Below, in pieces: positions 40,651-51,946 of a stretch of 64,000 nt of DNA. Position numbers and translations under genes: made by a program. Within the stretch, counting starts at the first letter, position 1. Every line of letters starts with the position of its first letter. The stretch is from a virus, in the IMG/VR virus record IMGVR_UViG_3300017963_000217, positions 1 through 64,000 of that record; one strand, 5' to 3'. The notes under the pieces were generated by a model, which ran no database searches, was not told the DNA's origin, and saw only the letters and a program-made list of their open reading frames with translations.

Positions 40651-42864
40651 ATGGACAAAAAAGAAATGAGAGAACTGTTTAGGGCAACCGCTGCTATAAA
40701 TACTCCTGAAGGCATCATGGCCTATAAGGCGTTTGCTGCTGCTCTGACAACTCCAATCCTTCAAGCAATAGAGAGAGATTCCATAATGAGACAGCTTTTT
40801 GCTGTTGAAGAACTAGGTCCTGGAGCACAAGCTTCATATCCGGTCGCTGAGGATTTCGAGATCCCAGTTTGGGTATTACCAGGACTTGGCTATGTTGCCC
40901 AGAATTTTATAGAAGGTATCGGTGAAGAGGTTAACTGTATAGCCTCTTAATTTTGCTATATGCTGGAAAGCCCTAAAGGCTCTTTTACTGCTATCGTAAT
41001 AATAAGGAGTATGTAACAATGGGTAATCATGCAGGAAACTTTGATATTGCACATCTTAAATGGTTAGGTGGGTTGATAGATGCTGACGGTTCTATAGGTA
41101 TTTCTATAAATACTAGAAAAAACAATAAAATAGTTTATACACCGTGTATAGTAATAACCAACAGCAATGCCATAATGATAGAACGTGCACATAATATTCT
41201 TGATCAATACAAGATAAATCACCATATAAAGCCAAATGGTTCATGTAAAAACCTAACCATCTCTAGGCCAAATATAATAGATTTGTTTTGTAGACTAATG
41301 AACGGTTTAATTTTAGTAAAAAATAACGAGCTTAGACTTATACATCAATTTTGTTTAAAGCGAATAATTAATATAAATGAATCTGGATGTAATTGGAAAG
41401 CTAATTATAACAAAGACGAAATAGATATAGTCTACGAGTTAAGATCATTGAATATGAGACATTATGGTAAATGCGAGGAATATGGGATAGTAGACAATGA
41501 AGTAAGTGTAGATTTGTTGAACTGTTTTAGCCTAGAGTGGTTGGCTGGTTTTATAGACGGTGACGGTTGTTTTAGTATAAGTAAGATAAAAAGACCTTCA
41601 GGAAAATATCAATATCAACCTTTGACTAGTATAGTAACTGGATCATTGATTGCTAAAAATATTATTTCTATTTATTTAGATAGATATAATATTAACTATT
41701 ATTTAAATAAATCAGTATCTGGACCCAATCATAAACCTAACTGCATTAAAAAGAAATTTGAATATGTCATTAGATCTCAGAAAGATTGTATAAAAATTTA
41801 CAATTTACTATCAAATAAGGTTGTTGGAAAGAAGCATAGATTGAAGTTATTATTTAACTTTTGTTCTAGTAGATTGAATCGTAAAAACAAACCCTATTCT
41901 GATTTTGAGATATTTTTATATAAACAACTTAATGATGATATCAGAGGATCCTCAACGACTATATGCAAAACGTCGTATGACGAAGAGATAGTCTGAACTA
42001 TATGGAGACATATAGAGGAGGCGCCGAAGAGCCCTCCCGCCCGAAAAAAGTCGGGTCATAAAAGTAACAGATTGATACGTACCTACATTTTCCATCGATG
42101 CATCGGGCGACTGGAAACTCACTTATGCTAGGGATTCGAGAGTGGATATTGCGGCAAGAGCTGCAGAGAAAGCTGCTAAAGCGATTGCTGATTACGAAGA
42201 GGAAAGTGGATGGAGAGTAATTCTACCCGCCGCTACTTCAAGATTCTTTGGAAAGGGACTGCTTGGCTCACGCCCAGCTCCTATTTATGAGATTAACCCC
42301 GCATCTACTGGTGCTGGTTATCTTTCTAAAGAACTTCTCAACAAAATGATTGTTGGGTTCAAGAGAATTGGAAGAACTTTGACGGATCTGTATGTTTCAC
42401 CTGAAGATGCAGCTGACATCAGAGAATGGACCGACACAGATGTTGACCCAATGACGAGGCGTGAAATTTTCCAGGCTGCTGGAATGGGCAGTATTTGGAA
42501 TGTCACCCTTCATGAGGTACAGCATCTTGGTGCCACGGGTCTGTATAATATTAATGGTAGTACTTCAGCTTATGGTAAGTTTATTGCTGACGGTAGTGAG
42601 CAGTATAATGCATACCAGCTGGATAACCCAAATGTTACATCAGCTGATGGTACAGTTTCTACTTTGGGGGAAACTCAGGTGCTTGGTTTTGACCTTGGCG
42701 TCAATGACTCACTTGTTATGCCTATCCGTAAGACCTACGAAGCTCATGATGATCCAACCCTACTTAGGGTCCAGAAAGCTGGATTCTTTGGCTGGGAGGA
42801 AATAGGATTTGCATGTCTTGATCCTCGTATGCTGGGTATGGGTATAATCGACAGGTCGTTATAA
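40651..42864 (+). CDS. major capsid protein, spliced: exon1 40651-40931, exon2 42075-42864 (356 aa)
   Basis: joining GT|A restores ...EGIGEEVYVPTFSIDASGDWKLTYARDSRVDIAARA; strong hairpin downstream. Confidence 0.85.
40932..42074 (+). ncRNA. group I intron in major capsid gene
   Basis: P1 AAGAGGT/GCCTCTT with U-G splice pair; core TATGCTGGAAA, AATCATGCAGG, CTCAACGACTA, GATAGTCTGAAC; terminal G; IGS GTAT pairs 3' exon ATAC. Confidence 0.9.
41019..41996 (+). CDS. intron-encoded double-motif LAGLIDADG endonuclease
   Basis: WLGGLIDADGSI and WLAGFIDGDGCF. Confidence 0.92.
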   Translation: MGNHAGNFDIAHLKWLGGLIDADGSIGISINTRKNNKIVYTPCIVITNSNAIMIERAHNILDQYKINHHIKPNGSCKNLTISRPNIIDLFCRLMNGLILVKNNELRLIHQFCLKRIININESGCNWKANYNKDEIDIVYELRSLNMRHYGKCEEYGIVDNEVSVDLLNCFSLEWLAGFIDGDGCFSISKIKRPSGKYQYQPLTSIVTGSLIAKNIISIYLDRYNINYYLNKSVSGPNHKPNCIKKKFEYVIRSQKDCIKIYNLLSNKVVGKKHRLKLLFNFCSSRLNRKNKPYSDFEIFLYKQLNDDIRGSSTTICKTSYDEEIV

Positions 42865-42877
42865 TATTGATATATAA

Positions 42878-42910
42878 CTAGTGCGCTTGTTAAACATGCG
42901 AGCGCACTGG
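42878..42910 (+). terminator. stem-loop after major capsid gene
   Basis: CTAGTGCGCTTGT-TAAACAT-GCGAGCGCACTGG. Confidence 0.6.
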
Positions 42911-42920
42911 TCTATATACC

Positions 42921-43277
42921 TTGGAGATTAAAATGACCTTTATGTTGGGAATAATAGCTACAATAATTTTAATAGAAGCTATAACTGGTATTATAAGTAA
43001 GTCAGAATTGTTTAGACCTTTAAGAGAATTTTTATTTGATAGAAGGGAAAACAAATTATTTGGATTTATGCACAGAATAATAGATTGCCCTTATTGCTTA
43101 TCAGTATGGGTAGGCATGTTCTGTGGTGGTGTATTATATTTATACATAAATAATTTGCTCCCTTTTATTATTATGTGGATATTTATATCTTTAATTTTTC
43201 ATAGATTGTCAAATGTATTACATTATATTATTGATAGAATTGATTCAAACCATGAAAGTTTGGACAAGGACACTTAA
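42921..43277 (+). CDS. DUF1360-like membrane protein
   Basis: hydrophobic helices, CPYCLSVW. Confidence 0.65.
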   Translation: MEIKMTFMLGIIATIILIEAITGIISKSELFRPLREFLFDRRENKLFGFMHRIIDCPYCLSVWVGMFCGGVLYLYINNLLPFIIMWIFISLIFHRLSNVLHYIIDRIDSNHESLDKDT

Positions 43278-43293
43278 ACGGAGGACAAGGTAG

Positions 43294-43782
43294 ATGAAAG
43301 GATATGTAAGAAATAAAACAGCAGGGTGGCGACATGCCATGAAAAGGTCCGTTGGACCAGGACATAAAATACCTATGAACGAGTTGTTCGAACAGTATGG
43401 CGAAAAGCATGGACTTGAGCCAGGCAATGAGTTTGTGGAATGGCTTAAGAATGTTAAACTGAGAGACCGAGGTACTTGGGAGATTGTGACTGAGGATGAT
43501 AATATCCAAGTTTCAGGGGGTAGTAAATCTGAGGAGAAGACAGTTGAACACAAGCCAGATAATAGAGGGTCTTCTTTAACAAGTCCATTTGTTAAAAAAG
43601 CCATAGAAATAGATGAAATAGTTAATATGACGGTAAGAAATGCTAGAGTAGAATTGAAGAAAATAACTGACTTAAGATTATTGAGACAAGCCTATGAACA
43701 AGCTAGACAACTAGCGCATAAAGATACGTTGTGCCAATATTTGAGAAGGCGTATACAAGAGTTAGAGCTTACTAGGAGGTAA
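43294..43782 (+). CDS. hypothetical head-module protein
   Basis: ORF with SD, synteny. Confidence 0.5.
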   Translation: MKGYVRNKTAGWRHAMKRSVGPGHKIPMNELFEQYGEKHGLEPGNEFVEWLKNVKLRDRGTWEIVTEDDNIQVSGGSKSEEKTVEHKPDNRGSSLTSPFVKKAIEIDEIVNMTVRNARVELKKITDLRLLRQAYEQARQLAHKDTLCQYLRRRIQELELTRR

Positions 43783-44064
43783 ATCGTATGCCTTTTGTAC
43801 CTAAATCATATGATAGAAATCTACGAATTCCTAAATACTACAGCACCGCAGTTGGGGCTGAAGGGTACAATCCAGACGTAACCATTTATTATGGTTCTGA
43901 TGATAACATTGTGCATGTAAGAGAAATTTGGAGAGGAAAGCAATACGATCAAACTGTATCTGGTACTAATTATGCTGAGTATTGGCCAAGTTTTAGCTAC
44001 AGTGTTACTTATTTTGCTTGGGAAGAAACTACAGTATCATAAAAATAAATAAGTAGAGCCTATC

Positions 44065-44967
44065 ATGATAAAACTAACTATACAAGTAGCTGATATAACT
44101 AGCGTTATGTTAGCATATAATCAGATACGCATATACACATCTGACGCCGAAAATGGTACGTATACATATTTGACATCTCTATCGTTGTTAGCTGGTGTGT
44201 CAACCTATACCTATACCCATGCTCAGGGTACATCAGATACATGGTATAGATCTTCTTACTACAATTCTTCTACTAGTGCTGAAAGTTCATTGTCAAATGC
44301 AGCTCATGGAGAATCAGCTTCTTTATATCATGTAGTAACCTATCCAGAAGAGTGTGAATTTGATAGTAATTCTGATATAATTATACGTAAGATAAGAAGA
44401 TTGATAGGGGATTTAAAGGGCTTAAAAAGAATATATGAATGTGACGGGGAGTTTTGCACATCTATACAGCCCGACGATCATACTTTTGATCTAGGCGAAA
44501 AAGGATGGCCGGTATCAGTATCTGTTGATGGTGTGGAATACACTTCTTTGGAAGATCCTGTAGTTCAGGGCTATCAATATCTTACTTTCAGTGGTAGTTT
44601 AGTCAGTGGTACTCAGAGCGCGTGTATTGATATATGGTTTCATACATTTATTTTTTCTGACAGGGAAATATATGAGGCATATAGTGATGCTATAGTGCCA
44701 CCAGGAGTACCTATTGATTGTGTAAGTGAGGACCATCTAATATTTCAAGCAGCTATTGATCTATTAGAAAGTATAGCGTTGGATAATTTAATTAATGATG
44801 GTGCTGTGGTTAGAGATGATCAAACGGTTTATGATCCGTCACCAGGTCTAAGAGGTTTAAGTTCTGCGGATGGACCTATAGATAGACTAAAAAAACAACT
44901 AGATGGTTTGATAAAAGAATGTATAAGAAGTAGTTTATTAGGAACATCAGGCTATTTAATAGATTAA
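44065..44967 (+). CDS. putative head-tail adaptor/neck protein
   Basis: IRRLIGD, FSD.EI, QAAIDLLE helical adaptor-like motifs with N-terminal beta domain. Confidence 0.55.
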   Translation: MIKLTIQVADITSVMLAYNQIRIYTSDAENGTYTYLTSLSLLAGVSTYTYTHAQGTSDTWYRSSYYNSSTSAESSLSNAAHGESASLYHVVTYPEECEFDSNSDIIIRKIRRLIGDLKGLKRIYECDGEFCTSIQPDDHTFDLGEKGWPVSVSVDGVEYTSLEDPVVQGYQYLTFSGSLVSGTQSACIDIWFHTFIFSDREIYEAYSDAIVPPGVPIDCVSEDHLIFQAAIDLLESIALDNLINDGAVVRDDQTVYDPSPGLRGLSSADGPIDRLKKQLDGLIKECIRSSLLGTSGYLID

Positions 44968-44985
44968 AATTCATAATACGGAGCA

Positions 44986-47900
44986 GTGTATATGTGGGTA
45001 CTGGCATACTTCACAGAAGAGGGTCAGCCAGTTACTGGACTGTCACCGACGGTTCTTATAAAGGATGTTGATACTGGTGCAGATGTTATAGCTGGCGCCT
45101 CTATGGATGATATAGGTGACGGGTTTTATAGATATGATTTCAGTGCCTATAATCCTACTAGGAATTATGCTGTAACCTGTGATAGTATAACACTATCTGG
45201 CGTGGATAGGTATACCTATGCGGCTAGCGGTGAATATGGAGAAGTATTAGATTCTATTGAATCCACCGTTGGTTTGGTTGATATACGGACAACTCTACTT
45301 AGAAAAATACAAACTAATAGATTAGAACTATTTGATGGAAATACAAATAACTGGATTTTATATGATGACGATGCGGTAACTCCGCTACTTACTTTTAGTG
45401 TAAGTGATAAAAATGATGATATAATTGTTCAGTGTCCTAATTCTCCCTCAAAAAGATCTGGTGCAGCCGGAGTTAGTGGTACACTATCTCCGGATATTTA
45501 TATGCGCAAATCCGTGTATGATCCTGATGATGATGGATGCGTATCTTGTGCAGAAAATGTAAGTGATGGAATATATACTTCCACGGCTTCTGGAATAAAA
45601 TACGCAGTAGATAATGCCCACGATCCTTGTATGATTTGTACTACGTTAGTGAATGAGTCCACTCAAGGAGATCAATTAGTACTAAAATACGATGCTGCAA
45701 CGGACAGGATAATTTATGGTCTTCCAGGCGTGTCTGGTTCAGTTTCTGGTACAATTAGTCATAAATATTTACTAGATCTTGATAGTGATGATCACTTACA
45801 ATATGTGCCTAGAGACGGTAGTAGAGGATTTACCAATACTGTTTCTGGTGTATGGCCTACAGAAAGTTATCACTTAACCACCAAACAATATGTTGATTTT
45901 GCGATAGGCGGTTTGGATTGGCAAGAAAGCGTTCTAAGTATGACAACAGAATATGGAGACGCTGTTGCCTCGGGTACTAATAGATATATAGCCCCTTCGA
46001 CATCTGGGGTATGGACTGAAAATAATGTTTATCAGTGGGATGAAGACAGCATGTCGTGGACAGAATTTGTGTCCAATGAAGGATTCGCTGCTTGGATAGA
46101 AGACACTGATTATGTTTATATCTATAATGGTACAGAGTGGATAAAGTTTAGTTCTATTACACCACATAATAATTTAGCTGGTATACAAGGTGGATCATCT
46201 AACAATTATTATCATTTAACTCAGTCCGAATATAACACCCTAACATTTGCAGACGCTTCACTTGATGATGCTAGTTTATTACATATTCATGATAGCAGAT
46301 ATTATACAGAAACAGAAATAGATGTTATAAGTGGATCTTTACAGTATAATATAGATAATCATACACATGATCATACCGCAATAACCGACTGGGATGAGGC
46401 AGTGTTAGATACTGTAGGTCCAAACATTGTTGGAGCTGGTATCGTCACTGTGACATACGACGATGGTTCTGATTTAATTACTGTTAGCGGATCGGACACA
46501 TCTATTACTGATCATGGATTATTATCTGGGCTTGGTGATAATGATCATACTCAATATGTAAATGCGGTAGGTGGACCTCCACTGACACTGGCAGCTCAAA
46601 CAATAACATTTAATTATGATACTAATGATTTTCAATTAAGTGGTAATAATCTCCAGATTAAGGATAGTGGAATTGATCATGGTAGTCTGTCAGGGTTGTC
46701 CGATAATGATCACCCACAATATATATTACATTTACATCCAGTTGGTACAAATAATTTAGTAGGTGGCCCTAATGCCGGTGCTAGTATAGCTGCTGGAGCA
46801 TCAAATAATATTGTATTAGGTAAAGATGCTGCTAGTAATTTGGCCACGGCTGACAATAATGTTATGATAGGCGTAGAGTCTGGTAAATCTGCCACGACTG
46901 CCGATTCAAATGTTATGGTGGGATACCAGTCTGGTGAATTTCATACTTCTGGAGATGATAATGTATATATTGGTAATAGCGCGGGAGCTTCGGCTGGATC
47001 TGCTACCGGGCAAGGTATAGGCAATGTTTTTATAGGATCCCAAGTTGCTACAGCAATAACTACTGCAGATCAAAATGTGTCGATTGGTTATATTGCTGGT
47101 CAGAGTTTAACTACGGGAGATGGTAACGTTATTGTTGGAGGATCTGCTGGAAATTCTATTACAACAGGTCAAGGTAATACTATTATTGGAAAAGCAGCTG
47201 GACTTTCCACAACTGGGTCAAAAAATGTATTTATAGGTTATGAGTCTGGACTAAACGAAACTGGCAGTAATAAGTTATATATAGACAATTCAAGCACGAC
47301 AACACCATTAATATATGGTGATTTTTCTTCCGATTTACTGAGATTTAATGCTGATGTAGAAATCAGAAACGGTAAAGAACTTAGATTTTATGATGTTGAT
47401 AATAGTAATTATGTTGGTTTTGAAGCTCCACCATTAACGAGTAATCAAATATGGGTGTTGCCACCTACTGATGGATTATCTGGTCAGCAGTTGACTACGG
47501 ATGGATTGGGTAATTTAACCTGGAGTGCAGCTAGTGTATCAGATCATGAGTTACTAACTAATCTTTATGGTGGATCAGCTAACAACCACTATCACTTAAC
47601 ATCTAATCAACATATGTATTTAACTAATGTTAGTGGTATATTAGATGCTAGCAACCAACATATACATGATGATAGATATTACACTGAATTAGAAATACAA
47701 CAATTAATAGGTATAAATAAATCTGGATCTGAATCAGTGATTAATGGATCTACAGGAACTTCGGTATCATTTTCTACTGCATTTCCTAATGATGATTATG
47801 CTCTATTTGTTAGTCTTGAGAATATTACAGATTCACCAGCGTCAGAATATGCTATAAATATTGATGGTAAAACAGCATCTGGTTTTTCAGTGCATTATTC

Positions 47901-48471
47901 TGGAGATATAGATTCAGATAATTATATTTTGAATTGGTATGCCACTACGTCTGGTATACATGGGGGAAATTATATTTCCGAACTGGCGGATGATAGTTCG
48001 CCTGAATTAAGTAATGATTTAGATTTAAATAGTTATGGAATAAATTTAGATACAACTCCTAGTGGGCAAGTAGTTTCAACACAGATAATTGGTTATAGTG
48101 GTGAAATATCCACTATGCAAATTGATTTAAATGATACAGGGTTAAACGGAATAGGGGTTCCATTACATATGAAATCTAATGGACATTGGGAAAGGTGTAC
48201 TGCTGCAAGTGGTACTACTAGAATGCCGTGTGCAGCATTATCTATAGAGCAGGGAACAGGATCAAAAAAAATATTATGGAAAGGCATAATGAGAAAAGGA
48301 TCATGGTCTTGGACGCCAGGGAATATTATTTATGTTTCCACAGTTGATGGAGCATTGACTAGTACAGCACCGATTAATGCGGGTGCGTGGGTACAGCCTA
48401 TAGGAGTAGCGATAGCCTCGGATACAATAAGATTTGATACAGGATTTAATCCAGGGGTAATAAATTCTTAG
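44986..48471 (+). CDS. modular fibre protein (1161 aa)
   Basis: YHLTTKQYVD, DH modules, NxxxGxxAG repeats; modules shared with 14148. Confidence 0.7.
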   Translation: MYMWVLAYFTEEGQPVTGLSPTVLIKDVDTGADVIAGASMDDIGDGFYRYDFSAYNPTRNYAVTCDSITLSGVDRYTYAASGEYGEVLDSIESTVGLVDIRTTLLRKIQTNRLELFDGNTNNWILYDDDAVTPLLTFSVSDKNDDIIVQCPNSPSKRSGAAGVSGTLSPDIYMRKSVYDPDDDGCVSCAENVSDGIYTSTASGIKYAVDNAHDPCMICTTLVNESTQGDQLVLKYDAATDRIIYGLPGVSGSVSGTISHKYLLDLDSDDHLQYVPRDGSRGFTNTVSGVWPTESYHLTTKQYVDFAIGGLDWQESVLSMTTEYGDAVASGTNRYIAPSTSGVWTENNVYQWDEDSMSWTEFVSNEGFAAWIEDTDYVYIYNGTEWIKFSSITPHNNLAGIQGGSSNNYYHLTQSEYNTLTFADASLDDASLLHIHDSRYYTETEIDVISGSLQYNIDNHTHDHTAITDWDEAVLDTVGPNIVGAGIVTVTYDDGSDLITVSGSDTSITDHGLLSGLGDNDHTQYVNAVGGPPLTLAAQTITFNYDTNDFQLSGNNLQIKDSGIDHGSLSGLSDNDHPQYILHLHPVGTNNLVGGPNAGASIAAGASNNIVLGKDAASNLATADNNVMIGVESGKSATTADSNVMVGYQSGEFHTSGDDNVYIGNSAGASAGSATGQGIGNVFIGSQVATAITTADQNVSIGYIAGQSLTTGDGNVIVGGSAGNSITTGQGNTIIGKAAGLSTTGSKNVFIGYESGLNETGSNKLYIDNSSTTTPLIYGDFSSDLLRFNADVEIRNGKELRFYDVDNSNYVGFEAPPLTSNQIWVLPPTDGLSGQQLTTDGLGNLTWSAASVSDHELLTNLYGGSANNHYHLTSNQHMYLTNVSGILDASNQHIHDDRYYTELEIQQLIGINKSGSESVINGSTGTSVSFSTAFPNDDYALFVSLENITDSPASEYAINIDGKTASGFSVHYSGDIDSDNYILNWYATTSGIHGGNYISELADDSSPELSNDLDLNSYGINLDTTPSGQVVSTQIIGYSGEISTMQIDLNDTGLNGIGVPLHMKSNGHWERCTAASGTTRMPCAALSIEQGTGSKKILWKGIMRKGSWSWTPGNIIYVSTVDGALTSTAPINAGAWVQPIGVAIASDTIRFDTGFNPGVINS

Positions 48472-48486
48472 GGAGGAGTATAAACC

Positions 48487-50076
48487 ATGGCTAAATTTGT
48501 AAGCGGTGATTTGAGGCTGAAGGACGACCAAAAGGCTACGTTTGGTACTGACTTAGACTGTTCTATGTTCTGGGACGGATCAGATGATCAGTTGAGAGTA
48601 ACTTGTACTGTTAGTGGCGTTGATCCTATAGAGCCCTATCACTTAACAACAAAATGGTATGTTGACACCGTATTTTCTGGAGTCGACGAGCATAATGAAT
48701 TATTAAATATTCAAGGTGGTACTACAGATCAGTACTACCACATGACTCAGGCACAACACGGTTTATTAACCGACGTTAGCGGCGTGTTGGATGCAAGTAG
48801 TCAACATATTCATGACGATAGATATTTTACTGAAAGTGAAATTACTACAATTAGTGGCGACATAGTGAGCCAGATCATTACAGATCATGGAGCTTTGACC
48901 GGATTAAATGATGATGACCATCTACAATATGTGCCTAGGACGGGTGTTAGAGGATTCACCGGTACCGTATCTGGTGTTGATCCTACGCAGTCCTATCATC
49001 TTACTACTAAATGGTATGTAGACCAAGCCGTACAGCAATCTCTGTATGGATTGGATTGGCAGAACAGTGTTATAAGTCAGAATGTTGCTTTTGGTGACGC
49101 CGTGGCTTCTGGTACTAATAGATATATCGCACCAACCACTTCGGGTGACTGGATTGCTGAATATATCTATGAGTGGACTGGTACTTCATGGTCTGGTATA
49201 GAACCTAACGAAGGGTTTGCTACATGGGTAGAAGATGAAGACATTGTATATTTTTATGATGATGCTTATCCAACTGGTGATTGGATAAAAATTAGTAGTA
49301 TGACCCCGCATAATGATTTGAGTGGTTTACAAGGCGGGACGACTAATGAATACTATCATTTGACATCAGACCAATATACTAGCGTTACCAATAATGGTGG
49401 TGTTGAAGATGCAAGTGATCAGCATACGCATGATGATAGATATTATACAGAGACCGAAGTTGATACTATTAGTGGATCTTTGCAGATTCAAATAGACAAC
49501 AAAGACAACTATCAATATTGGACATTTTCAATAGATGGCACATCTTACGATAATATTACTTCCACCGATACTTTGGATTTTGTAGCTGGTGCTGGAATGT
49601 CAATCACAAGGACAGGTGATGATGAAATTACTTTTGTTGCAACTTCATCTGGTATAGATCATGGTGGTTTGAGTGGTTTAGGGGATGATGATCATTTACA
49701 GTATGTTCGAGCTGATGGTGGTGTAGGAGATTCACGTGGATTTACTTCTACTGTAAGTGGTGTGTACCCTACACAGTCATACCATCTAACTACTAAGCAA
49801 TACGTGGACGATGTTACTGCATCTGGTGGAGTAGATAGGCATGGGAGACTTGCTATAAGTAATGGCAGTAGTCAATTAACTGTAACTTTTGCTGATCTTG
49901 GGCATGTTAATTATACTGTAAATGCTACTATGGAAAATGACAATGATTCTCCAGCTTCTATTTATGCATTTATTATAACAGGAAGAACTTCGAACAGCTT
50001 CACTGTAGACTTTTCAGGTGAAATGGATTCTGCTAATTACTATCTGAATTGGATGGTTATAGAGGACGCTGTTTAA
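48487..50076 (+). CDS. modular fibre protein (529 aa)
   Basis: YHLTTKWYVD, H.HDDRY.TE, QGG...YYH repeats. Confidence 0.7.
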   Translation: MAKFVSGDLRLKDDQKATFGTDLDCSMFWDGSDDQLRVTCTVSGVDPIEPYHLTTKWYVDTVFSGVDEHNELLNIQGGTTDQYYHMTQAQHGLLTDVSGVLDASSQHIHDDRYFTESEITTISGDIVSQIITDHGALTGLNDDDHLQYVPRTGVRGFTGTVSGVDPTQSYHLTTKWYVDQAVQQSLYGLDWQNSVISQNVAFGDAVASGTNRYIAPTTSGDWIAEYIYEWTGTSWSGIEPNEGFATWVEDEDIVYFYDDAYPTGDWIKISSMTPHNDLSGLQGGTTNEYYHLTSDQYTSVTNNGGVEDASDQHTHDDRYYTETEVDTISGSLQIQIDNKDNYQYWTFSIDGTSYDNITSTDTLDFVAGAGMSITRTGDDEITFVATSSGIDHGGLSGLGDDDHLQYVRADGGVGDSRGFTSTVSGVYPTQSYHLTTKQYVDDVTASGGVDRHGRLAISNGSSQLTVTFADLGHVNYTVNATMENDNDSPASIYAFIITGRTSNSFTVDFSGEMDSANYYLNWMVIEDAV

Positions 50077-50096
50077 AAAATAATATTCAAACCTTG

Positions 50097-50124
50097 GCTG
50101 CTCGGGTTTAAAAGCTCGAGCAGC
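50097..50124 (+). terminator. stem-loop
   Basis: GCTGCTCGGGT-TTAAAA-GCTCGAGCAGC. Confidence 0.55.
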
Positions 50125-50132
50125 GTTCCAAA

Positions 50133-51017
50133 TTGGATGGAGGTACAGGTTTAATGGTTAAGATTAGGACATACGATATTTTTATAACTGATAATGATAA
50201 ACTTATATTCGGCGACGACTTTGACAGCGAGTTGTTTTGGGACAACCCTGATCAAGAACTTCGTTTGACCACTACTATTAGCGGAGTGGATCCTACACAA
50301 TCCTACCATTTAACTACCAAATATTATGTAGATCAGGGAGATATAGATAATTTTCTTGAGTTAACAGATACACCTGTTACTTATAGTGGATACGCGGATT
50401 ATATAGTGACTGTAAATCCTACAGAAACTGGTTTGATATTTGATGATATAAGTAATGCGCTGAGTGGTACTATATCTCATAGTAGTTTATTGGATTTAGA
50501 TGCTGATGATCATTTGCAGTACGTACCAAGGGATGGATCTAGAGGATTTACATCAACTGTAAGTGGTGTATATCCAACAGAAGACTACCATTTGACTACT
50601 AAAGAGTATGTTGACTTTTCAGTAGCTACATTGTCTGGTCTTTTTGGGGGGTATAATAAATATGCACAGTCCGTAGCAGAGTCCTCAACAAACAGCACTG
50701 CATACATAGAAAAAGTTAATTTAACGACGGTTGATGTGCCTGAAGGGGTATATAGAATAGGATGGACTTGGGAATGGAGACATAGTAAATCTAATACTAA
50801 TTTTTTAGCTAGAGTTCAAATAGATGACACTACAAATGTCTATGTATTTTCAAGTAGTCCTATTGTAGATGTTAACACTTGGCGTTTAGTTACGGGATTT
50901 AGTCATCAGACCCTTACTTCAGGTGTTCATACTATAGATATAGATTATGCTTCATCTAGCGCGGGTTCCACATCTTATATTAGAAATGTCGAAATAGAAT
51001 TTTGGAGGGCTGAATAA
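50133..51017 (+). CDS. fibre/receptor-binding paralogue (start probably ATG50154)
   Basis: shared modules; C-terminal ESST.S...EK...G.YRIGW domain. Confidence 0.6.
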   Translation: MDGGTGLMVKIRTYDIFITDNDKLIFGDDFDSELFWDNPDQELRLTTTISGVDPTQSYHLTTKYYVDQGDIDNFLELTDTPVTYSGYADYIVTVNPTETGLIFDDISNALSGTISHSSLLDLDADDHLQYVPRDGSRGFTSTVSGVYPTEDYHLTTKEYVDFSVATLSGLFGGYNKYAQSVAESSTNSTAYIEKVNLTTVDVPEGVYRIGWTWEWRHSKSNTNFLARVQIDDTTNVYVFSSSPIVDVNTWRLVTGFSHQTLTSGVHTIDIDYASSSAGSTSYIRNVEIEFWRAE

Positions 51018-51946
51018 TGTCAGTAGATTATCAATATACTAAAAGTCCTGTGGATCCAGATTCTCTCAGACTGGAAATATTAGACGAGAGCAATATAACT
51101 ACAGAATTTGAGTACTCTATGTTTACTGCGCCGGATGATTTGACTTTACGGTTTGTTAGCACACTATCTCCTACAGAGGAATTATATTTGGATGCCGTTG
51201 TTTCTGGCCATGCTGGTATAACAGAATATGTGCCTTCTACATGGGTGATGGTTTCTACTGGTGACGGTACTGGTTACTTTTATCCCATAGATGTTTCTCT
51301 GTCTGGAGTAAGCCTTAGTCAGTATATACAGGATTCATTATATTTTACTAATTTATACGACGTGCCAAACACTTATAGTGGATCACAGTATTTATATCCA
51401 AGAGTAAATTCTACTGTATCTGGGTTAGAATTTGCGCCTGCTGACGCTCTCTATTTAAATGGGATTGTGGTAGATAATTCAAGTTTGGCTGATGGATATA
51501 TATTAAGATATAACGAGGATGCTGATGATTTACAGTATGAAAGCATAAGAAATATTATACGAGAAGAATATGGTGTATTCGGTGAAAATGCTACTCATAC
51601 AGAATCAGAAGAAGAATCTTCTACAACTAGTGATCTATGGCAAGAAAAACTTAGTTGTACTATTTCAGGATTAGAATACGGATCATATAGAATAGGTTGG
51701 AGATACCAATGGCAGATAGACAACAGTAATTTCAAATTTAGAGCGCGATTACAATTAAATGATGATTTTGAAGCTATGTATCACGAAGAAAGACCGGCTA
51801 ATGCAGGATCTTGGTCTGGAGAATCAGGTTTTTACTATGTGACTACTTCAGGTACTTTAAAAATGGATTTAGACTTTGCTTCGGAAACCACTGGTAAAAC
51901 AGCCTCTATCAGGAGGGCGCGTTTAGAATTTTGGGGGGTAAGTTAA
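51017..51946 (+). CDS. fibre/receptor-binding paralogue
   Basis: same C-terminal ESSTTS.WQEK...YRIGW...IRRARLEFW domain. Confidence 0.6.
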   Translation: MSVDYQYTKSPVDPDSLRLEILDESNITTEFEYSMFTAPDDLTLRFVSTLSPTEELYLDAVVSGHAGITEYVPSTWVMVSTGDGTGYFYPIDVSLSGVSLSQYIQDSLYFTNLYDVPNTYSGSQYLYPRVNSTVSGLEFAPADALYLNGIVVDNSSLADGYILRYNEDADDLQYESIRNIIREEYGVFGENATHTESEEESSTTSDLWQEKLSCTISGLEYGSYRIGWRYQWQIDNSNFKFRARLQLNDDFEAMYHEERPANAGSWSGESGFYYVTTSGTLKMDLDFASETTGKTASIRRARLEFWGVS